Of a DNA stretch of 64,000 bases, positions 50,031 through 62,463 are shown in pieces. Origin of the DNA: Botryllus schlosseri (Eukaryota). Made by a program: the position numbers and the translations under genes. The notes beneath the pieces are model-generated. The model searched no databases. It was not told the DNA's origin and was given only the letters and a program-made list of their open reading frames with translations. The stretch covers positions 25,792,001 to 25,856,000 of the forward strand of contig CM119373.1 in the NCBI GenBank assembly GCA_051294905.1. Reading direction: 5' to 3'. Every line of letters begins with the position of its first letter. Positions within the stretch are counted from its first letter, which is position 1.

Positions 50031-51209
50031 CTGATCAAAACTATATTTAGGCAGACGAAGTAAGAGGGGTTTTCGGAGTTCGATAGGGCACCGATTCCGA
50101 ATATGACCATAGCTTTTCCAAATTGACTGTTGGTTTGGAGATCACCCATCGGCTATTTTGACCAAAATCTCCCATTTTCGCAGTAATGGCTGGATAGGAA
50201 ATCGGCTCAGTCGTAGGCCTATCATAAAGTTTAGAAATTCAATCTGCTTGTTATTTTTACACACATACTTTTTGAAATCGAAATACAGTGTTTTGGCCAG
50301 GCGTCCAATTATTTTCAATAATAACATATTCATAATATTGACATGTTCCCATATTTGTAAAAGCAATTGTAGAGTCTAATTGAATAATTTATTCCTTTTC
50401 ACTGAAAGTCGGAAAGGCAAGTATGCAGAACCCTCAAATTCCTATGGCAGAGGAATGTAATGATGGATCGATCATTCGCTGTTACATGGGACTTGAGTCC
50501 ACTCTCCACGTCCGGGTTGATGTCGGCATATATCCAGCTTTTCATATCCGTTTTCTAAAATTCTCCGAAATATTGCAACATTCTCAAGCTTTATGGCGAA
50601 AGTTTCTCTCTGATTCCGATTAACGATGCCGTTAAGGTTCCAGCCTACGGCTAACTCTGGGTTAGTGTGTAATCACGCCTCCTCATGACGTATGTTTGCC
50701 ACTTCAGCCGAACCGAATCGAATCCGTATTGTGTATAAATTGTTGTGATACGAGTCCATAGTAGTGAAAGGCAGTTTATTTCGAGTACTGGAAATATACG
50801 CCTTGAGTCCTCTCCACTGCTTCCTTCTTGCTATGGAAGCCAATCGCGACACCCAAAACATGCTCCGTAACGCCTCTAATGTCGGCAGAAGGAACATATC
50901 TGCGAATTAGTGAATGACCCGTATCATGTTCGTACAAAAGGGATACCAAATTATCAATAATGTAGTTGAGGAAACTCTTGGAAGTAGGCCTACTAAACTT
51001 CACCATGCAATATGCAATATCTTCATATTCATATTGAAATAAACCCGAATATTTCAGGCTGACACCCGTCAAGATAATCGTCACCAACTATAGAAGAGAA
51101 ATCAAAGGAACTTCGTTTATAAACAATTTAAAATTGTCTATAGCTGTCACAATCTTATTTGTGGTCGGATAGGAGTTGCATATTTGAACTTTTCAAGTCC
51201 TTCATAGTC

Positions 51210-51306
51210 CCATGACGTCATAATGAGTGATACTCGATACTCGCTCGGAACCCGGATGTCAGATTTGGAATCGGATGCCTCCGGTACTCGAATTGGTTAA
51301 TCCATA
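51210..51306 (+). mobile_element. Right-end fragment of the TAGGGCTGGGCA MITE family
   Basis: TGACGTCATAATGAGTGATACTCGATACTCG..GATTTGGAATCGG..GGTACTCGA aligns with 21338-21436. Confidence 0.55.
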
Positions 51307-51402
51307 GTTGTAAAAGATGGACGGTGGTATTTCCTTGCTGCCGATAGTGAAAATACAATAATTTTAAAACCGTTTCCCCTATGCGCAGCTTTCCAATTGA
51401 AC

Positions 51403-51734
51403 TAGTTGTTCTTAAACCCCGTGGTTTCTCTGCAACCGTCCCGTGGGTTCGATGGTGTTCGAGGCGCACACTCGATTCATACAACGTAATTCACTGATTT
51501 GAAGTGCATGATAATCATATTATTTTGGACTTATTTTGAAAATCAGGTTTTACCGGTTCTTTTCTTTCCACTCTGTCGTTGATGCACAGTTCATTTTGCG
51601 CGACAGTATGTATTCAATATTATGTATTAGATGTGTAATGTGAGAGATATTTTTTGTGACGAGGAAAAATTTGGTGTTCGCCGAAAGCTTGCAGTTAAGC
51701 GGGAAGGTTCGTCAGGTTGGGTTGAGAACCAATG
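51403..51734 (+). mobile_element. Old hAT-type MITE, about 332 bp (GGGTTCG subterminal type)
   Basis: Ends TAGTTGTTCTTAAACC / GGGTTGAGAACCAATG; internal GGGTTCGA and GGTTCG motifs; flanks AATTGAAC / AAATACAC (5/8). Confidence 0.55.
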
Positions 51735-52432
51735 AAATACACTGATCCAATTTTAATCACACGCGTCTCTTCACAGTCCAATGAGTCCAGACTTCGCATG
51801 CACTCAAAATTCATGTTCGATTACGATCGCGCTAATGCATTGATGTAATCGGAACAAACCATACCGGGAGTAAATTCGAAAAGTTTAAGATATTTTCCGC
51901 GATATCATTCCCACGTACGCTGTTTGAACCGCCGACCGGTTCCTAATCCGTTTATCAACATCTTCCACGATGTCCATTCAGTCTTCGCGCGGTCGGTACG
52001 CAGTGTTCAAGTCGCCCGATGTGTTAAACAAGAGGTGATGGATACTCGGCAAACGTTTCGAAAGTCGGTTACGGCTTTTGAGTCACGAATTATCAAATCC
52101 GGCCTAATCCTCGACAAACATATCACCGACTCGCGTCCTTAATCAAACGCAGAGGCCTTGTTTGCTGTTGGCAATCGGCGGGCGGAAGAAAAAACGAGGA
52201 AAGAGGCGCGCGATTAGCTTTTTCACACTTGCACTCGGTCTAAGCTGGTAAACGTTAGGGCGCTTTAGCCGTGACTTGTTATTGATGGGATGTATCCGTG
52301 AAGCTGGGTGACAGCGTGACTATTCTCGTGCGGCACGTTTCGGGAGTTGGCGAACCTGAGCAAACTTGCTTCAGGCCGTTTTCGTCCGCCGTCATTTGTC
52401 AAACGGAGACATTGAAATAGCCTATCATAAAA

Positions 52433-52470
52433 TGGCCGGACACAATGATTCGAGCACTGGAATCGAGTAT
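52433..52470 (+). mobile_element. Left-end fragment of the TAGGGCTGGGCA MITE family
   Basis: TGGCCGGACACAATGATTCGAGCACTGGAATCGAGTA versus TAGGGCTGGGCACAATGATTCGAGTACTCGAATTTGAATCGAGTA at 20965. Confidence 0.45.
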
Positions 52471-53025
52471 TGAAGGAGCACTGGGCGCGAAATGTGATGC
52501 GTTTTCTAATTAAAGATTACAGTGTGAAAAAATATCTGGCAGCAACCATTTCTCTCAGTAAGCCACCGTATTCAAAATGAAGGTAAAAGGCTTAAACGAG
52601 TGTTACTGTCCATTCTAGCTTATCGCTGTGGTGTCGATGTCCCGTTTCGTGATGAAGCACGGTATCGTGCGTAGTGCCCTTTCAACTGCAATGATTGGAT
52701 TCGAGTCGACTTTCAGAGCACTTGATATGTGTTTTCTTGTCGACTAGGTTGATCGTTCTGATGTTTTCTTCCCAGCGTTAGAGCCTTTTATAATACGACA
52801 CAAAGCTTCCGCATTTTGGCCCATTTGCGAACACGAAACTTCGAAATTCCATGGTCCGCACGGCGAACACAGACATTAACAGAATTCTCGCCCCGTCCCT
52901 ATGGCCCCAATGCTATCAAAGTCTCGAAATTGGCGTCCACCATACTCATCTTGCTACACCCGAATTTCTGCGAACAGGCGAACTCGAGAGCACATGTCCG
53001 CCATCAGATATTTGCGCCTTTGCAT

Positions 53026-53513
53026 CATGGCTGCGAAGTAAGCTAATCGTAACACCGACTCAATTCTGAATCCAAATCCAGAGATCTTCGATATACCGTA
53101 CCGATTCCGACTCTGGAACATTTAAATACGCCTTCCTCGGCTAAATCTCCTAATATTTTCTTCACCGAACTGTGAATTCAACATTCCCGTTAATCCACGA
53201 ATAAAATTCTTCGTTTATCACATTAGTAGGTATTATTAGTACCTATTGAAGCATTCTTTTCTTTTAATTTGCTCTCACAGAAAGAAGTTAATTTTGTGAG
53301 TGAAATAGCCTACTTCTGCCCATGTGAACTTCTGTAACTGCAAAACGACTACTTTCCTTGACATTTAGGAACATTTGGTTCGTTTTTATATCGGTTGTAT
53401 CCGGAGGAACAGCATGTCAATGTCAACAATCATCGACTCCGGCCAATACGTCTTTTCCACCTCCAAAGTTTGTTACAAAATGTCTGTGGGTCCGACTCAA
53501 CTCCATGGCCCTG
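53026..53513 (-). mobile_element. GGAGTC-repeat MITE, 488 bp
   Basis: Ends CATGGCTGCGAAGT / ACTCCATGGCCCTG; CCGACTC/GACTCC repeats; TSD CTTTGCAT (53018-53025) / ATTTGCAT (53514-53521), 7/8. Confidence 0.75.
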
Positions 53514-53544
53514 ATTTGCATGTCCGCCTTTCTTATGTCATATC

Positions 53545-54764
53545 CGGAGGTTATCAGTGACGAAGTACTTCTACTTCTTCGAAGTACTCAATTAGTTTTC
53601 CTCTACTTCTAGTACTTACTCAAGTAGATCTGATTGTCGATACTTTTACTTATACTTGGTAATATCTTGTGGTCCACTTACTTACTTTCTGCTATTTTCA
53701 GTTTGTCAAGTAGAAGTAGTTTATTTCTTCAATAAGGAAGATAGCCTGACGAATTTCGGGCTGTTTTCACGGAGTACCAACATTTAATTTTCATAAAAGT
53801 CAAGTAAAGCCCAAAACTTATGTTGCGCTTCTCGCACAGTTGTTTTGGAGTGTCAAATATATGTTTTCAGGAAAGTATCGGTGTATATAATTTAGGCACC
53901 TGATTGCGTGGCTCCGCTCACGCAGCGTTGTCATCCATTTCAAATATTTCATCACAGTAAATATGGCCCACCATAACGCTTGGAACTACCCTTTCGCAAT
54001 CTAGCAATAGCCGATCACATCGTAATCTAGCAGCCCATGACGTGTCCTAATCTGGAAAAGTGGACTCCGGCTTTTTTGAACGTTACACTTGTTTTAGCAG
54101 ACCACCGTTCTGGACAAAGGACATGAAATATATTCTTCGCTTTTTTGTATTTCTCTTTCAATTCCGAGTATTCTACTTCATGTTTTAATTAATTTCAGTT
54201 CTTTCGTCTGTTGAAGTATAAAAGCAAGTGTAGTAATGTCTCTATTCTCCGAAAATAAAGCTTCATGATATACAATTTTACGATCCGCCATATTTAATAT
54301 TAACGTACACTAATCGCCCAAAGTGTTGTAACCTTATCCGATACAACTTCTCCGTATTGCTCTTCGCCAAAACTACAGGGACCTTATAATATGAGGTAGG
54401 GTGCCATGTCATGATATTTCTAAATCAGGGTGTTCGAGTAAAAAAAAGGGTTAGTATCGCATTTTCATATATAATTTGCATCCCATGATGCGGACGAATG
54501 CTTATTCTCTCGAAAATTGATACCTCTCTGCACCTCCCATATAGCTGAATTTGTAGCTGTTGACAGTCCATGCGAACTAATTACAACCGTTTTCAAAACT
54601 ACTTACTTACTCGAGTAGATTTAAAGTCAGTTAATTTTACTTATACTTCAAGTCGTTTTAGGTTGCTTATGGAAGAAGTACTTCTACTCGTACTTGAGTA
54701 GATTTTTTCGTCGCTACTTCCACGTCTAGTTGAGTAGCGTTCTTGACTACTTTGACCACCTCTG
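53545..54764. mobile_element. CAGAGGTGG-TIR, TACTT-rich non-autonomous hAT-like element, 1220 bp
   Basis: Ends CGGAGGTT.. / ..GACCACCTCTG; perfect 8-bp TSD GTCATATC at 53537-53544 and 54765-54772; about 200-bp TACTT/AAGTA-rich subtermini at both ends; no internal ORF. Confidence 0.88.
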
Positions 54765-57700
54765 GTCATATCCCATTTCCAGCAGTAATTGATTGAAGGT
54801 CTCCACATAGCATCGTGGTGAGGTTCTTAGTACCGCCTATGTTTTCCTCGACCATCCTAGCAATTGGATAGACTTAATTCACCCTTCATCTTTCATCGAA
54901 CTTACCAATACCAACTGGGGTGCTCATCAACGCTTAGCAAAATAGTTTGAACATTCCCGAACCCGATAATCAGTAGCCATGTACAGTAGGAATGCCCTCG
55001 TCAGATATCAGAAAACCAAAACAAGCCTTGTAATTGATTAGTAGACTTTTGTTTACGAGAGAGCACTCGACCGTGACTTCGGCGGTGAGCAATCCATTCC
55101 ATGCACGCAATTACGGGCCTTAGCGTGTGGTCTTATCTGGGCAACGCTATCCATCTCTATTGTGCGTGTTGACATTAATTTCGGCAAAAAGACTGGAATT
55201 AGGACCGATCGGCGGTGTTGTGTACGGTGTGGCAACGCTAAAAGCAACTGTGTTGCCGATACCTCTAGCGCGGGTATTGATAACGACTTTTGAAGTCGTC
55301 TAGAACGGCCGTAATTAGGATACCTATATGCTTTAATTATGGGTATGATGGATTAACGTGCAGCAGGCGACTGTTTTAGCGCGGTTGAGAAAAAATCAAT
55401 GATTTCCCGTCGGTATTTCGAGGGTAATATGTTTGAATGTATTGCGATTTGCTTTGTAATGGTTGGAATTTGTGGGCCCTTGCACGCCCACTATTGGAAT
55501 GAAAACAGATTGCGATGTAGTTTCGCACCCTCCTGTATGTGTCACGTATTTGCATGTCTGGTCAAAGCCACCATCGTTTGTACTCAAGTATATTTCAACT
55601 CAACAGTAGGCATTCCCATGACATGTCGAAACTACCCGTGAAAGCAGAAGGTAAAGGTCTTAGAAGCATTCAAGTAAAAGTAGCTATATGGGTCGCTTAC
55701 TTTCATCTTCGAGCGCAAATTCATTTACAGTGATAGTTATGATATTTATCCTAGTTGGTACGACAATTGCACTCATAAGGGCTGTGTAAACATTCCCCAA
55801 AATTATATTCTAGCATACAATATATCAAAGTATAAAATTAAGTACTTTTTTAAGTACTGTCAATGGAACTTGTAGTAGTCCAACACATAATCACTCGAGA
55901 ATGCAGAGTAAGTACGTAAAACCTAATTTGTTAGTTCTGAAAAGTATAAGTATCTTAGTTGCTGACGGCCTATGCGTATTGGTTCAGACGCCTGGTCTGT
56001 AAAGCTTTACCCAAGTATGAACTGAAATAGTACGCTACGGGAAAGCTGGGTAGAATGTGCTAAGTACCGCCAAGAGAATTGTTGTGATAGTTACAAACGC
56101 GACGGCGCAGAATCTGCGTGAGGCACCATCTCGCAGGAGCAAACTACCAAAGACATATTTGTGACATTCTCATTGCCATGCCATGCCGGAACCGACAATC
56201 CCCCGTGCCTGATAGTGCTACAATTATTTCGCGTCACGCACTGACTTAAACCTTTGGCACATGAATGTGTGTTAGCATGAATGCAATGTTCTGTTATACC
56301 GTATTCCCACAGTTTTAATATCAGAATAATCATTGCAATTTACGTGGATTTCTTTAAATATTTCAGATCAAATTGACCCGCGAATGATCCCAAGAGCAGA
56401 CTGCAACGCGTCGTGGGATATAAAACTGAATCAAAGATGGATACGGCGATTATCTATTTATACAAGGAGTCAATTTAGGTTCAATTAGCCTACTTCATAT
56501 ATGCAGACTCATGTCGCAATATTTTCCAAGCATCTTCGGCCACACCTTGGCATCTATTGCTAATCATATTTTCCCCTCAGGAAATAACGTCAGTTTCTGT
56601 AATGGCATAACTCATCACTTTCAAATGACGTCTCGTTACCAATTTCAGCCACCCTTCTTCCTTCCGGGCACGTATCCCTTCAGTACGGGGGCCCGATCTT
56701 TTTTCGTGGGTTAATTTTATACAGCTCACAATTTCAATTCTCCACTGATCAGCCGAAATCTATTAGAGAAGCAGAAAATACGTTGGCGGGCCGAGTCAAA
56801 AACTTAAGCTGTATTCTCCAGAATGTTAACTTCATTTCTATATTGAAAGCAGTGAATTGCGCTATTGAAAAATGCTGCTCAGTGGATGTGTTGGTATTAG
56901 GGAATGAGAAAGTGATGGTTAATTACCAAAAATTAACATTTATTGTCCGTCATATATTGAAATGTATTTATGATACTAGAAAGCTTATTGTCTTGGTCGC
57001 AGCCTTCCGAGCAGTGTGCAGCTTGGCGAAATAGCCATTTTGTTGAGCTAAACTTACAGTCCTTCCGAAATTAGCCTTGCCCTCCGCTGACCGAGTGTAG
57101 CCTATGTCTTCGTTTTTTTTAATCATATTACCGACTTGAATTATACTCCTCAAACACGGCGACCTGATCGGTACAAAACAGACTGGTAAAGACTCCAGTA
57201 AAAGAATATTTATTGCTCAAAACCTTTTTGGATTTTCAACTTTCTGCGCAATCGCGACATATGAACACGCTTGAAAGTAAACTCGGTTTAGTCTTTACAC
57301 GCACAGTCTATGGTTTTAGTCCACGTATTAAGTCCACATTAAAAAGCAGGTTTCCTGTTTTGAAATCCATGAAACTTTACGCGAGCCGCTCAGGATAGCT
57401 CCACGGGCTGCAATTTGCCCATGTCTGCTGTAATGTCTAAATCAAAAACGTGTATTTCACTGACTTCCATGGTAGAGTGTGTTCCTAATTTTCGCCCTGC
57501 CACATGTTTATAGTGTGGTTGCAGTGCGGGAATAATTTCGATCAGTGCTGTAATTCTGCAAAGCATGTGTCATTATTAACAACTTGCTATGTACTTCTCA
57601 TAGCAACACTCAGTTTACATGAGGCTGTTTGAGGCTCAGTTTGATGACTCTCCATATCGTAAAATTTGCCACCACGTGGAGATGCTGAGGGGGATTAAAT

Positions 57701-57904
57701 ATATAGCTAGCGTTGGTTATCAAGTGGAAGTGGTAGTAACTCTTCAAATTTCTACTCAATTTCGAGGAGAAATACCTATTTGCAGGATACCTTTATACTA
57801 CTTCCGGTGAAGGCCTATAAAGTACTTTTATTAGTTAAAATCGGAGGAGTCTACCACTACTATTACTACCAAATTCCGGGGAGCATATTCGCGACATAAC
57901 TCCA

Positions 57905-58825
57905 AATTAGTAATGAATGGGCGATTTTGACCTGACAAATCAAAATTTTGACATTTTTTGACTTTGAAAAACTTAATCTGGACCAAATGTTGACCTAACG
58001 TATTCAAATTATGTGTTTTCCCACATACTGTTAGAATTGTGGTACTGCTCTTCATTTCTGGAACTGTCTCTCCTTACGAAGTATTTTGTCCTGAAAAAAA
58101 CACTTTTTCGACTCAAAAACTGACAAATTTGTACATGAAAAAAACTTTATTTTTACGGAATCTGGCCCTATGAAGAATTCCAGTAGTTACAATACGTATT
58201 ATGGAATAAACAACTGAAATTTGTTAGAGTACAACGAAAGATACTTTCCTACATTCTGGGGTAGAAAGTGTCCAAGAATTCGAGAACAATCTGTTGGAAG
58301 TAAAAAATATGTCACAAGGTTCCGAGCCACAAGCCAGTCTCACTTTCATAGTTTTGACTCGAGTCAGGTTCAGTCATTTTCAATTCACCACCGAGTCCAG
58401 TCCGAGGCCGAGTAGTCAAGCAGACGGTCGAGTCCGAGTCATAGTGTTTAGACTCGAGTATGGTCCAAGTCATTGTGTTGACTGTTTGGATTCGAGTTTC
58501 GTGAAACTGAATTTTACAACTCAGCTTGGTGATATCAAGTGCTTCGGGTTCATACTATACCAACTTTCCTCAATTTTTACAGTTTCTGGTCGCATTGTCC
58601 AGTACTGCTAAAAGTGTCTAAGTAAGTTGCCAAGAATGGAGAAAGAATGTTCGACAGTAGCAGTTGTTGGCTGACAACACTGACGTTGTGCGTGCGTACA
58701 CTGCTGGTGACACACTGTGTTGCTTCATTCTGACGATGGTGTCTACAATCACAAGTTCTCATAATGCGCTTCTTGATATAATAACCATGCAATGCCCGCG
58801 CAGTCTTGCGTCAGTTAGGATATTA
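57905..58825 (-). mobile_element. hAT-like transposon 3' portion (copy B), interrupted by a nested insertion
   Basis: Colinear with 46146-46803; minus-strand peptides QCCQPTTATVEHSFSILGNLL (about 58620-58690) and HFLPQNVGKYLSLYSNKF (about 58217-58272) lie on either side of the insertion. Confidence 0.75.
58273..58610. mobile_element. 338-bp nested insertion with a GAGTC-repeat core
   Basis: Absent from copy A; flanked by the direct repeat AAAGTGTC (58265-58272, 58611-58618), which is single in copy A; core 58308-58480 is homologous to 60970-61105; TIRs not clear. Confidence 0.65.
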
Positions 58826-59344
58826 CGGTACGCTGAGCATAACATCATGTCAACCTATTCGTTTCATTTGAATGCTTATGATTCACAATGAGCAGACAAT
58901 GGACCGTCTACAACGGTAGGCCTATGAAGTAGTCTACATGCTGTAAAATGTCAAACGATAAGCTCACCCACATTGCAAAATCTACGATACAAACGAAATG
59001 CCAGTTGCGAAATGATTTTGACTTTATAAACAATTTGACATTTGTTGACCTAACGCTACAATTTTTACCTGAATTTAACATTTTTTAAAATGTCAAAAAA
59101 ATCGTCCTAGTAATGACAGTATTAATGACTGTCATTTTCGTTAACATATTCAGCTACAACAAATTCGCACTGTTATCATTGCAATTTCAGTCTTAGTTGT
59201 GATGCAGACATATCCTAAAACGACTTTTAAAATTCAAAACTGTGTAAAATAAGAAGTTCGGCGTAATTCACTGTCCAGTAGTTTAAATCTAAAAGAAAGT
59301 AGTCTAAATACTTGACAACTTAAGTATAAGAATTCCATGTATAG

Positions 59345-59998
59345 TAGGGGTCTTCAAAAATGACATTTTTTCTCAAATCGTACTGGCTACTTGAAAAAAA
59401 TGTTAGGTTACCTAGTTTAAGCCTACACACCAAATTTGGTTCAATTCCAACCAGTAGCCGCATTGCTACAGGAGAATAAAGTTTCTATTTATTATGTAAA
59501 ATTAAATAACAAAAAATTTGAAAATTATCTGTTCATCCCATGAAAGTGTTAGGTTGTCTATAGAAACGATGTTCATCAAATTTGGTTCAACTTCAACCAG
59601 TGGAAGCAGAGAGATTGCCGTCGAAAAATTTGGATTCGAATAAAATAGTATTTACGGTATATTAAATAATTAAAGAATTGGTCACCGTAAATACTATTTT
59701 ATTGACAATCCAAATTTTTCGACGGCAATACCTCCCCTTCCACTGGTTGGAATTGAACCAAATTTGGTGAACATCGTTTCTATAGACAACCTAACACTTT
59801 CATGGGGTGAACAGAAAATTTTCGAAATTTTTGTTATTTATTTTTATATAGTTAATATAAACTTTCTTCTCCTGTAGCAATGCGGCTACTCGTTGGAATT
59901 GAACCAAATTTGGTGTGTAGGCTTAAATTAAGTAAAGTAACTATTTCATCAATTAGCCAGTACGATTTGAGAAAAAATGTCATTTTTGAAGACCCCTA
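59345..59998. mobile_element. Foldback (almost fully palindromic) non-autonomous DNA transposon, 654 bp
   Basis: Arms 59345-59658 and 59684-59998 (314 and 315 bp, roughly 90% identical by eye), 25-nt AT-rich spacer; termini TAGGGGTCTTCAAAAATGACATTTTTTCTCAAATCGTACTGGCTA perfectly inverted; perfect 8-bp TSD ATGTATAG (59337-59344, 59999-60006). Confidence 0.95.
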
Positions 59999-60969
59999 AT
60001 GTATAGTCACAACCTACTAGAATTACCTGAAAAATTAATGGTCAACACTGTGGGCCCAACAGCGAATTTCTTCGGTTGTGAATACTTTTATCCACATGTA
60101 TCGCGGAAATGACTGGGTAGTGACTTCCTACAGCGATTGTGCGAGCGAGCAGTCACCTACCGCTGCCTTCGCGGTTCAGCCCTGCAAAATACCAGAGATC
60201 TTATTTTTGACAGCGTCTGTTTGCTTCATATTTATGCGCCAACTCGTTGGCCATATGACGAATGTGATCATGATCAGCCCTCATACGGCTAATTCCACTA
60301 ATATGGTTTAAAGACATCATTAAATAGTACTTGCACGATGAAAGGAAGTTAATTTTTCGTTACGTTCTAATTCTGTATGGCCGTCGGTAACTCAAAAGTA
60401 AATTGAGTAGATGGTCTACCTATTTAGCTAAATCTAATTGCGTATCTCTTAGAATGTGTGGACAAATAAGATAGTTTAACAGGTACGTTACAAGGAAAAA
60501 AGACGACTTCCTGGTTGCTATTATATATGGATTCTGCCTTTGGGAAAAATATCCAGCGTCTATGTGATATTGAGAGCTATTATCACATCCCTATTAGCTA
60601 AATTGCGACGTCGAGTAGATATATATTTCCGTCAGGTCAATAACACATGAAATTTAGTTGGCGTGCTTACGTATTTTAGGTTGTGTCTTTAACACCTTGT
60701 TGGGCTACGCAAAATGCGGCGGCATCCATATCCACGAGCTAAGGTCAAAATGTATGGAACGGTGGAATCGACTTGTTGAAAAACTCTGGGGTATATTTAC
60801 GAACTGAGCTATGTGTATATAGGCAATGGCTTGCTTTCTTCAGGTGACATAAACTGAAAGTAGCTTACGAATATTATGGAAATGTTGTTAGTGTACTACA
60901 TTGTGGACAATGAGCTGTAAAACATAATTGATGATTGGAACAGCCTTGTAACCAACTCACAAGCTCCAT

Positions 60970-61105
60970 CGTCACAAGTCGATCTTACTTTTACATTTTT
61001 GGCTCGAATCAGGCCGAATCATTTTCAATTCGCCACTTCGCCAAGCCCAAGCCGGAGAGCGGTGGGTCGAGTCAAAGTGTTGAGACTAGATTTCAAGTCA
61101 TTGTG
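60970..61105 (+). mobile_element. Second copy of the GAGTC-repeat core element
   Basis: GTCACAAG..TTTG.CTCGA.TCAGG...A.TCATTTTCAATTC.CCAC..GAGTCA.AGTGTT.AGACT..CAAGTCATTGTG aligns with 58308-58476. Confidence 0.55.
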
Positions 61106-61440
61106 TAGGGTTACCATACGTCCTCATGTACGAGGATTTGTCCTCATTTTTCGGGTTTTTGAAAATGTCCACGAGGACGCCTAAATGACATCCTTTTTGA
61201 GATTTTGTCCTCTTTTTGAGAATTTTGGTTAATCACAGGGCAAAATTTGACCGAGATACCGTAAAATAGCACTGAACTAACGCTCAGGCGGGTATTCCGG
61301 GAGCTGAGCAGGAAAGTTGACCTTATTTTTAGTCAGCCGATCACGAAGTGGGAAAAATTTCCCATTTTCCTCCGGTATTCTAAGTTTGAAAATTTTGAAA
61401 AAGTCTCCTCCTTTCCCATTTCCAAAATATGGTAACCCTA
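61106..61440. mobile_element. TAGGGTTACCATA-TIR MITE (hAT-Blackjack-like termini), 335 bp
   Basis: Perfect 13-bp TIR TAGGGTTACCATA / TATGGTAACCCTA; GTCCTC/GAGGA repeats on the left, TTCCC repeats on the right; no 8-bp TSD, only GTG on both sides. Confidence 0.8.
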
Positions 61441-62463
61441 GTGTACTGTTCACTGCTGGGGTCATTTAAATGCCCACATTCATAATATACTATATATTAC
61501 CACTCTGAACTATTTCTGGCTCTATGTGTCAAGTACCAACGGTGATACGAAATACTAATAATGGGCAACTTTACCATTCCTCGAAATTACAACGAAATGT
61601 CTATCTTGGCTGTCCTCGTCTCCAGTCATGTGATTTTGGCGAGTCGTGCGCAATGGATCGAGTGCAAGTCGAGCCAATAGACAAATTGACATAAGTGAAA
61701 TATAGGTATTTAACGTATTTAAAAACACGACTGGAGTCGCCCGAATATCTCGAGTCGTTATGACTACAGTCTTTGCAAGCCTGAATTCATAATTTGACTT
61801 GTGTTACAACAGTGTATCTCTTTGTATCGTTCGATTACTGCAGAGCCAATTCAGTAGAATCGACTCAATGGATAGTGTAGTGGGAAATGAAACTTTAATT
61901 GCATATGTGCTAGAATGTATGGGAATATAAGATAGGCTACTTGCCATACACTTAACAAGGAAAATGAAGAACCGCCGTTTCTCAATCACGTAAGCATGTG
62001 ACTTTGAGAAATAGATCACGCGTGTATAATGTAATATTGGACGCTATTACTACATTCGTATCTGTCAATTTCGGACTTCAGGTACCTAGGTAAATTTCTA
62101 ATGATATTTCGTTAGCATGCTTACTTACTGGGTGTGTTTTCGTAAATATATTGTGCGATATTACTCAAAATGCTGCGAAATCCGTAAGGGAGCGTCCCTG
62201 TTCCGGCCACATTTGTTTGATTTGTTATGCAATTCCCGGGATATATTTACGAATCACGTGTTTTGATGGTGATATGCTTTCACTAGGCGACAGATGCACT
62301 GGAAGCGTGGCCAAAATGGAACACTGTTATGAAAATGTCAGTGTACTACATTATAGGGAAGTGGCCTTGGAAGCGCCTTGGTATAATTAATCTGAGATAC
62401 AGCCTGCCGTGTCAATTCCGAGAGACGTATGTCGTTGTCTTATTCTGTTAACGGAGTAGTTTA

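Noticed and set aside
50643-50665. GCCTACGGC resembling the 5' end of 5S rRNA
   Set aside because: The match is 9 nt only; no box A/C or remaining 5S sequence.
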